Shown: positions 13,701 to 23,000 of the stretch, one piece after another
How the letters are laid out: each line of letters begins with the position of its first letter
Position numbering within the stretch: position 1 is the first letter of the stretch
Program-made: the position numbers and the translations under genes
Source of the DNA: Asterias rubens
Taxonomy: Eukaryota
Direction of reading: 5' to 3'
Length of the DNA: 64,000 nucleotides
NCBI RefSeq assembly: GCF_902459465.1
Contig: NC_047066.1
Span: forward strand, 21,204,001 to 21,268,000
Notes under the pieces: generated by a model
What the model was told of the DNA's origin: nothing
Databases searched by the model: none
What the model saw: the letters and a program-made list of their open reading frames with translations, nothing else

Positions 13701-16700
13701 TTGCGACACTGTTGGGAGAAAGGCATAATAAGTTTTCACGGTCAATTTTAGCAAAATTCAGTCAATAATTTAACATCTGGTTCATCAAAATGTGCTTGAA
13801 ATTTGATACTCCTGCATTAGCATGCAACAGTTTAAAAGATAGTAATTGTAGCATTCAGTGATCAAATAAAGATGGTTCAAACCAATAAAATAAAAGAAAC
13901 TGGATGATAAGTGGGAAATCAAGAAAGTAAGTTGAGAGTTTTTAATGTGAAGGTGCAGGACCAATAGTTTGCTTTCACCTAATCGCTCGTTTTTTATGTG
14001 TTCTTTGCAGAATGAAAAAGATCAAACAATACAGATTAGCGGATGGCTTGGACAGGTAGGTATACACTTTGACGGGTGCGACTCCGGTGTAGTTAAGCCA
14101 TAAAAAAGATCGCTGCAAAAACTGGGATGCTTAGATGTTGTTCAGTGGGTTTCAGTTCATTTCCATTGCGGTTTATTATGTAGTTTTCTGAATAATTAAT
14201 CTAGTTTATTTCCAGTAGTTTATTTATGATTGTGTGTTATTAATTGTTTTTCCTCCATAGTAGGACCAATAAAATTAATTGAATTGAATTGAATTTAGTT
14301 GAAAACTGACACCATGGACGTAGACAACGAAAAGAGACTCAAAATAAACACATAGGTGTTATAATATATTATGAAAACATCACTGAACACGTCACTGAAA
14401 ACATAACACCAATGCAATTGTGTTGACAGAAATTAGTCTTTAACATGTTATGGTGTCAATTTAGATTTAGTTACTAAGTATCATTATGTGACAACACCTG
14501 TGCCTCAATTGTAACACCCCATTTGTGGTAGACTTGTGTACACGTTGTTAATCATGGTCCCACGCGGTGAGATAGTCGAGTTGTCACTGCTCTCGCGCGA
14601 ACCAGCAGTTCGCGTGGAGAGCAGCACCGCTGCAACTCGATTATCTCACCGCGTGGGACCATAAACGACTTGTCCACAAGTCTACATTTGTGGCAGTGAT
14701 TTACCAAGGCTGACAAAGGGTGATGAGCAGCGATCGCTTTCCACCTGCATTGTTCAATTTAGATTCATATTATTAATGCAAAAATTGGGTTCTCCAAATG
14801 AACAGCCATCTTGTTTTTTTAAATAGCCTTTGTTTACTATTGTTTGTGGCACCTAATTGTCTATTTTGATTGATCACGTCCATCACCTTTGGCATTTTGG
14901 GGTGGATTTGTTGAAGTCTGAACAAAAAGGTGTCGTATAACTCCACATCAAAAGAAGAACAAACATAATGACGACTTATCAAGAAGTCAGGCAAAGTCTT
15001 GGCATGCCCAAATGCGGTCACATTATTGGTCAATCGAAATAATCTCTTTAAATCTTTTGTTGATTGACTGTTTGTTTGTCTGTCTGTTTGTTATTTTTAT
15101 ATCTTATGATTTAATTCCAGATTTGGGAGGATGAGTTCCTGGCTTGGAATCCTGCTGAACATAATAATGTGACAAGATTGTTTGTTCACACTTCCAAAAT
15201 GTGGGTGCCAGATATCACGCTGTATAAAAAGTAAGTCACTCCGACTCTTCCTCTGTACACAGTCACTGTAGTACAATACGAAAGTGTAAGACCACCAGGG
15301 CTAGTCACTCCCTTCATAGGGTAACCCCATCAGGGTCAAAGCACTGTTCTCAATGGGGCACTGTACGAGAAAAAGCCACACACAGAAGAAGGGAGAACCA
15401 AACATGATCGAACAAATCCCATATAAGCAACAGCAACATATCTATACCACCAGGAACAAAATCAGAGAAAACGAAGCAACAACAAACCCATAAAGTTATT
15501 GGTGGTATAGCGCCACTATGTCTTTCTATAATTTATATAATCTATATATTTATGCAAGTAACGTGTCTTTTTGTGTAAGAAAAACTCCCAGGTACCTTTA
15601 GTTAATAGATCGGGCTGCAAATTTTCGTACGACTTTTTTTTCGGTCCGGTGATTATACTACAGGGGTTCAATTTTTTTTTTTATTCGTATTTCAAAACTT
15701 GATTATTTCACATACCTTTTTTGAAAGAAGATGAACGAATGCAAGGTATGAAAACACTGCTGTTGATTTACGAAAACGTGCCAACGAAACCTTCTATCAT
15801 TTTCTCTAGTGTGGACATAAACTTCGAGAGTTACAAGGATATCAACGCCAAAGTGAGCTACACTGGTTTGGTCGACTGGAGTACACCAGTTATCCTCAAA
15901 TGCACTTGCAACATCGACGCTCGACTGTATCCGTTCGACGTCCAGGTTTGCGAGTTGAAGTTCAGCGCATGGGCGTATGACGGTGCCGAAGTAGATCTCG
16001 TTCAAATCGAAGGACCGGTTTCTACGCAGAACCAGTTCCGTGATGACAGTGTGTGGGAACTCATCAAGGTGGATGTGGTTCGCAGAGAGGTGCTTTATCC
16101 TTGCTGTACCACCCCCTTTCCTGATCTTGGGTACTTCATTCATCTCCGGAGACGGTCTCTTTTCCACGTCTTGAACATCATTATACCATGCCTGCTGCTG
16201 TCTGTCCTGAACCTGATGGTGTTTGTTCTGCCCCCCGAGTCGGGTGAGAAGATTCAGCTCGGGATGACCAACTTGCTAGCTCTTGTGCTCTTCCAGCAGC
16301 TCATCACTGACAACCTGCCACCAACGTCCGCAGACAAATCTCCTATAATAAGTAAGTACGAATTTCCAACCATTGCTCATCTTGCATTATCACTTTTACC
16401 TTTCCGTGCCGGTGTCCCAGGGAAATCTCTGTCCGCCGGGGATTCTGTCCCCGTATGGAAAATCAACGATGGGCGAAGTGAGGACGAGTCAAAAGAGGGC
16501 GCTATCAAAATAAGTTTGTACACGGTTTGCCGTATAACGCACATAATCTCTGGGGGGACAGAAACCTCTGCCACACCGCTACCGTATCCGCCAATTCCGC
16601 GTCGTGCAAGAGCGGTTCACTACTAAAAAATGACAACACAAGAATGCATACAGCAATATCAGCTTTTTGTGATTTTGCGAAGGCTGGTGCGCCGATCATC

Positions 16701-17439
16701 AGTCTTGATTTTGCGCACCGTGCCGTATTGACAGTCCCATCACTATGATACAGTATAAACATTTGAGTAGAAGCTCATCATCCCATCCCAAGCGGTCTAG
16801 GAAGAAACTGGTCACGGGGGCCGAGCAAAACATAATTCTTTTGTAAAAAAAGGTTGCTGTCACTGTATTCTGTATTTTCCTAACCAATAACTTCACATTT
16901 TTTTGTCTGCAGCTTTCTACTTTACTCCAATGATTGTCCTTGCTTGCACTTCAATCATATGCACTGTGCTAGTACTCAAGCTGTTCTACCACAACGACCG
17001 ACGCCCAGTGCCACGCTGGCTTCATCACACCACTTCCAAGCTTTCTCGTGCCGTTCTCTACAAGCTAAAATCCCGCCGTTTTAATGAACTGCCTTTCGGT
17101 GTGGACCCTGGAGCAGCAGAGCAGCGGTTACCACGAGAGTCTGGTGATGAGTCCGAAGGTAGTGACGATGTCATCGAGACAAGCAACGGCAATAAAACAC
17201 GCTGTCGTGCCTGTACGGCTCAGCACTCCCGTAAAGACGGGCCTTTGGGTAACGATACAGCCGTAGACATCAAAGTAAACGGGAGCCTGCCAGGTCTTAA
17301 GGATAAGGGGACACATGGGGACAGTGACCTAGATTGGAAGGATGTAGCCTTGGTTATTGACCGGGTCGCACTTGCCTTGTCAGTCACTGTCACGATATCC
17401 TCACTTATCCTTACTGTTGTTCTCTTCCTTTTGGGATAA
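10774..17439 (+). CDS. CHRNA9/10-like: nAChR-like Cys-loop receptor gene 1, alpha-type, ~475 aa. Exons 10774-10831, 12987-13132, 14011-14055, 15121-15230, 15810-16351, 16913-17439.
   Basis: Signal peptide MRQFCFGLFLYLLVCTLPTG; loop D ISGWLGQ; loop A WVPDITLYKN; Cys-loop CNIDARLYPFDVQVC; loop B FSAWAYDG; loop C YPCCTTPF; M1-M4 present. All introns are GT-AG and the exons total 1428 nt in frame. Q15' in M2 and an intron at the end of the M2-M3 linker resemble alpha9/alpha10. Confidence 0.9.
11172..11601. mobile_element. MITE family C (~430 bp, ~28-bp TIR AATTGTGACCCGCTCTGTGAAAATGAGTC), gene 1 intron 1
   Basis: The right end GACTCATTTCACAGAGTGGGTCACAATT is the reverse complement of the left end. 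Superfamily not determined. Confidence 0.7.
13169..13555. mobile_element. MITE family A (~385 bp, TTAA-flanked, TIR AGGCAGTGGACACTATTGGTAATT; Kolobok/piggyBac-like)
   Basis: TIRs and TTAA flanks seen; at least 7 copies in the window. Confidence 0.85.
14529..14684. mobile_element. Fold-back MITE with a 9-bp TSD (CATTTGTGG), Mutator-like, in gene 1 intron 3
   Basis: The element is almost wholly palindromic (TAGACTTGTG...ATGGTCCCACGCGGTGAGATA / TATCTCACCGCGTGGGACCAT...CACAAGTCTA). The direct repeat is at 14520-14528 and 14685-14693. Confidence 0.8.
16438..16568. repeat. Small inverted-repeat element in gene 1 intron 5
   Basis: GGATTCTGTCCCC ... GGGGACAGAAACC (imperfect). The gene 2 copy is perfect. 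Confidence 0.5.
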
Positions 17440-18170
17440 CAAAATAAAAACAAACTAAAAAAAAAAGACCCGGGTTCCAAATCCCAGGGGCCTTGACCAC
17501 ATTATGGATCAGGTTGACACAGACAGTGGGTTAAAATTGGATTCAACTCAGATCCCATCCGTGGGCACGGATCAGGGTCAGGATCCGGAAGATTTTATAG
17601 CGTGACAAACCAAGTTATCTCGTGTACAAAAAGAGTAAACCTAAATGCGAAGACACTGTCGCAAAACTCAAATTGACCCGGTTTGCGGGTGGGGCTTGAT
17701 CAATTTCTTTAAGCTGACCAAAACAAGTGGTAGATATTGAGATTTTGACTGATATTTTACCGGTTTGACACAGTTTCGGGTCAGTTTGACATAGATTCCG
17801 GGTCAAAACATTACCAAAGCATGTTTTTATGTTTTCTTTTCCCTATTTTCTTTTTCGGGGATGAGACGAACAATAAAGTTTTAAACTATTCTCTTACAAA
17901 AATTTAAGGAAACATTAATTATCCTCGAAAATAATATTCTGTGTGATAATGTATCTTGCGAGCATGGGCAAACTATTATACTGATATTGTATAACCTTTG
18001 AGTATCTTTTGCACTGTAAAATGTATACAATAAACTTCAAGACGATATTTATATTATTTTTAGTTAATAATACAAATTACTGTAAATATATTTTACAAAG
18101 ATTAATGTTCAGGTATTTATTTGTTGCAGCACCCGCTGCTGCTAAAATAAAGGATTCGAACTGACTCTAG

Positions 18171-18310
18171 CTACCGGGCAATCTCAGTGGTCTAGTTGGT
18201 ATGACACTGCTCTAGAATTGCAAAGGTTGTGTGTTCGAACTCCACCCACAGAACTCGGGATTACAGTGCTTACACACCTCGGTGTTTATGGGTAAAACCA
18301 AAATTATATT
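18171..18310 (+). mobile_element. tRNA-derived SINE, internally deleted
   Basis: A-box-like TGGTCTAGTTGG and B-box-like GTTCGAACTCC, then CACAGAACTCGG...GGGTAAAACCAAAATTA. Homologues at ~27299-27425 (+), ~45468-45620 (-) and ~7165-7290 (-). Confidence 0.65.
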
Positions 18311-19293
18311 TATTATTATTGGAAAGGCTTTATGGTGTAACTTTCTGAGTCAAATTAATTTATAACGGATGTTGTAATTATTACCATACTAAGTATTGCT
18401 TTCTATCGTGAAAGAAGAAAAAACGGTATAATTTTTTTAAATTGATATGTCATCCAATAACATTAAATGATTTTTTTTTATTAAAGCTATAATCAACGCC
18501 GATTGTTGACATGAACATAATAATAAACAACGTCTTCCAAGTGCGGAAATCAATCAGTTGACAAACTTCTCCTTTCTTTTTGCGTTGACATCAACACATT
18601 TTTTGTTTGCCTATTTCCACCGAGACAACCTTTTAGGATTTAAATGATAACACTAATTACTTTTAGGACGATAGAAAAACAAATGCACCTGATCAAACTC
18701 ACTACAGACCTTGTGCACCGACGTCATTCCCCCACCCTCTTGGAAGTAAAACAATGATTAAACATTGGACAGTGCATATAATACGCGCAGGTCACGGGAT
18801 GGGCCAATGAGCAATGGTTATTTTGACCTCTATAGATAGTTGCAACCTATAGATTCCATACCTTCCACCCAGGTAGTAGTTAACCAGCAGGACAGTTCTT
18901 TTCAGAAATGAAGTCTCAAAAAAACACCCCTAAAAATCTACTCTGCGGTAGCGCAGAAGTCTCCCGAATTCCGAAAAATCGACTCTACGGTAGTAGAATT
19001 TAAAGCAAGGCAAGTTCTCAAAAGAACACAATCTAACAGCACACATTACCGCTAACCAAAATTTGATACTTAACGATGCAATGCCTCAAAACCAAAAGCT
19101 TTATGGTTGTGATACTAGGCTAAAAGTGTATGTAGCGCCCTCTCTCGAAACCCTACAAACAAGTATGGTGTGGCAATAAAGGAATCAGAGGCAACTGTGA
19201 TGTATATTGGAACAGATCAGGCTTGATACGATGCCACAAATTAATCTGGAGACAAATTGTGAAAGACAACATAGGCATAAAGTCTAACGTGTA

Positions 19294-19359
19294 ATGATGG
19301 TGCGTTGTGCGAGTAATTACACCTTACACTGCATGCACAACACTGGCTATTATTCATGA
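19294..19359 (+). pseudogene. Truncated copy of gene 3 exon 1 (MMVRCASNYT then unrelated LHCMHNTGYYS*)
   Basis: Identical to 30246-30276 up to ACACCT, then diverges. The hydrophobic core and the donor site are absent. Confidence 0.75.
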
Positions 19360-20054
19360 GCCAACCGCTACGCAGCCTCTGATTGGCTCCACCGGAAAGT
19401 CGGGGGAGATTTGCCGAAAAACAACAAAAAAGTTAAGACCCGTCGTTGCAAATATCCAAGACCATGGTGAGATCTAAATCAGAGAAACAGAGCGCCCGCT
19501 AGCGTTCGTTCATTACAAGCGTGTACAGTTTTTGCCGTGCATAGATCGGAACGTTGGTTGTGTGTGACCACGCAACACCAATGGTCTTGGAACCAAGACT
19601 AATGGAATTCCGAAAACAAAAAAAAATTCTTGAAGGCAAACAATATGAGCTGGTAGGTATTAAAGTACGGTAAACCTTTCACGTCACAAAGTACTTAAAC
19701 CGCACGTCTAGGTGACAATCATTACAGCGTTTTGTATGTATGAGTGGGTACTTGGAACTCGGCATTCGGCATATAAGCCTGCAAGCAAGCGCTTCTTTCA
19801 CAGGCCACACGTCATCCGTTGGAGACTGCAAATGCTGACTTTTGCTTTATTTAGTGATGTACTTTCAATGTTTTAAACAAGCAAAATCCAAGTTTGAATC
19901 AAGTCCTGATATTGAACATTCGTTGATCGTGACGAGTTTTCATGTGAGACTTTAAGACAACAGTGAACGTGAAAACTTACCATTGGAGAAGCTTGCATCT
20001 TGCTCGATCTATTGTTGCTGTGATGAATCTTTACTCACAATTATTGAAAGCATA

Positions 20055-23000
20055 ATGAGACAGTTTTGCTTCGGTTTGTTCCTGTATCTGCTAGTATGCA
20101 CACTTCCAACGGGTAAGTAGGCAAATCTGCAATAAAAGTAAAGAATTCTCACTTAAATAAATAAATAATACACAATATGTATCTTTCGTGAACGAAAAGC
20201 ATTGGGGGGGGGGACTTTAATATTTTACAATTTTGTTTAATCAATTACAGTCCTTAATATGTAAAACACTGAAATTCGTTTTGTTATTTTTACCGGAAAA
20301 AGATAGATTTGAACTTAAACGGCGATTCGAGAAAGACACAATCTGTATTTACTAGTCTAAAATTAAGTTTAAAAATAAATACAAATATATCTCACAAATC
20401 CTTTGAGGCATTAATTAACTCAAGTTCACCAGCCATGTGCAAACAATATTCAATTGTGACCCGCTCTGTGAAAATGAGTCAGATATAGGCAATTTCAGGA
20501 ATTGAGTTAAATGCATGGCTGGAAAGAACACATCGGCAGCAGTAATTTGGTATGTGTCTAAGCTTTGGGGTTATCGCGTTGCTGAGTTACACGCGTTTGA
20601 AATTAGCCACTACACCATTTTTTTGAAAAACTACCATATTTTAAACTACCATTGTGTGATAAAGGATACAAATTAGACATAAGTATGATCACACAATTGT
20701 TGTATTCATAGCTTTATTGCCTAAAAGTAAGTGTTTTAAAGGTTACCCATGCAACTTAAGATCTTAAAAAGAAAAGGGAAAAAAACATTTTCCACATTAA
20801 ACTGTCCATAACTTAATATTGCATTGGGCGACATGTGACTCATTTCACAGAGTGGGTCACAATTAATATTCACGTCAATACATAGGCCCTGTCCATGGAA
20901 TTCTAACGCGAAAAGTTTGGTCTCTCTTTCGTTTTGAAAAAATAACTGTCCGTCAACATTCGTTAAAAAAAAATCAAAAATACATAAACAGATTAATTAA
21001 AAAAATTAAATTTAAAAAGAACCAATTCGGCGAAAATCGGGCAGTGCAAGTTTAATGAAAAGTGTATTTAATTATTGATTTATTTGCGGTTTTAATTGGG
21101 AAATCTTTGTAGCACCATAGCTCAAGAAGTAAACTGCCGTTTTTTAGACTGTTTGTAGTTAAAGACTCCTTGGGGATTGGAGATTAATTTTGAAAAACCG
21201 TGACCCCATGTCGACCTCTACTTCCGGGTCAACCGGAAGTGGCACCATAACTCATTCAGCATTTTCTTCTTTTTTTCAATGACAGACATCTTGGTAATTT
21301 TAGCTCATAATCCAAGCAAAAGAACACGGAACAGCTTTGTGTTTGTTCACAAACACCTAATGTCTAGTTATTGTTATTTTAGGCCGTTATAAGCCTCAAG
21401 AGAAAACAATACTGGTACCGTTAGGTTTCACTACACTGTTTGTTATCGCATACGTTTTATTGTTCTTAGGTTATTCAACCTCTTCATCGTCCTTGTTTGT
21501 CGGTAATAAAAATATCACTCAAGGTTACATGAATCGCGTGAGCATTGGAGACGTTTCCAATTTTGTATTTCACTATTCTGAAATCAAGTTGCCAAAGGAG
21601 TAAAATAAAAAATACCACTTAAGTAACACGAATCGTGCGTGCATTGGAGACGTTTGCAATTTCACTATTCTGAAATGAAGTTAAAAAAATAAGTAATAAA
21701 TAAACAAAAAAATAAACTATTACAAATACATTAATATTTCACTTAATCATTTCGTGAACTTAATTTAACTAACTCTAGCTCATCAGCCATGTATAAACAG
21801 TATTCAATTACACATTACATAGACCTATGTTTTGTGTGCCCTGTCTATGGAATAATATTGCGCACATTATTTTGTGTCTGTCTTTCGTTTTGAAATGAAA
21901 AATACACATAATAGGTTAATATCCAGACTTCTGAAGAAAATTGTTAAAAACTTTACAAACAAAATTATAATATCTATCTTTATTTAAAGGAACTATATAG
22001 GCCTAACGTTATTCACTTAATTTGTTTATTTTCAAAGGCACCGAGTCGAAGAAGAGCAACCGGTCAGCCCTCTTAGATAATCTGTTGGATGAGTACGGCC
22101 CACCATCTCTAAGACCTGTTCACAATTACTCCACGAAAGTCACCATACACTTCCGTCTCCTGATTACCCAAGTCATCGAGCTGGTATAGTTCCTTAAGAT
22201 ATTTTAATATTAATATCAGTTATTAAATGCAGTGGACACTATTGGTAATTACTTAAAATAATTATTAGCATAAAACCTTTCTTGGTGACAAGTAATGGGG
22301 AGAGGTTGGTGGTATAAAACATTGTGAGAAACAGCTCCCTCTGAAGTGCCATAGTTTTCGAGAAAGAAGTAATTTTCCACGAATTTGATTTCGAGACCTC
22401 AAGTTTAGAACTTGAGGTCTCGAAATCAACCATCTAAACGCACACAACTTCGTGTGACAAGGGTGTTTTCTTGTTTCATTATTATCTCGCAACTTTGATG
22501 ACCGATTGAGCTCAAATTTTCACAGGTTTGTTATTTTATACACATGTTGAGATACACCAACTGTGAAGGCTAGTCTTTGACAATTACCAATAGTGTCCAC
22601 TGCCTTTAAATAAATAATAATAACTGTGTTTGTAAAGCGCCAAATTGCCAAAGGATACAAGGCGCTGAAGAAAGAGGGGAAAGGGACAGAACAAAGACAA
22701 AAACGACCAGCTATGCCGAAGGAAAAGAGTGGGTTTTTAGAGCATGTTTGAAGGTTGCGACACTGTTGGGAGAAAGGCATAATAAGTTTTCACGGTCAAT
22801 TTTAGCAAAATTCAGTCAATAATTTAACATCTGGTTCATCAAAATGTGCTTGAAATTTGATACTCCTTCATTAGCATGCAACAGTTTAAAAGATAGTAAT
22901 TGTAGCATTCAGTGATCAAATAAAGATGGTTCAAACCAATAAAATAAAAGAAACTGGATGATAAGTAGGAAATCAAGAAAGTAAGTTGAGAGTTTTTAAT

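Larger units (their letters stand above)
10329..19324 (+). repeat. Segmental tandem duplication, unit 1: gene 1 plus downstream intergenic DNA and the first 10 codons of gene 3 exon 1
   Basis: Colinear high identity with 19602-30276. Both units start at ATGGAATTCCGAAAACAA and end at ...GCGAGTAATTACACCT. Confidence 0.9.

Noticed and set aside
15703-16167. Antisense ORFs over receptor exons (15703-16167, 24776-25240, 37054-37350, 37987-38355) and over the GAS2L exon
   Set aside because: Shadow ORFs of GC-richer coding exons with no recognisable domain.
16352-16626. In-frame read-through of exon 5 into intron 5 (ORFs 15721-16626 and 24794-25873), suggesting a truncated isoform with a novel tail
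   Set aside because: A canonical gtaagt donor sits at the conserved position, the tail is repeat-derived, and its length and frame end differ between the duplicates. It is best explained as chance.
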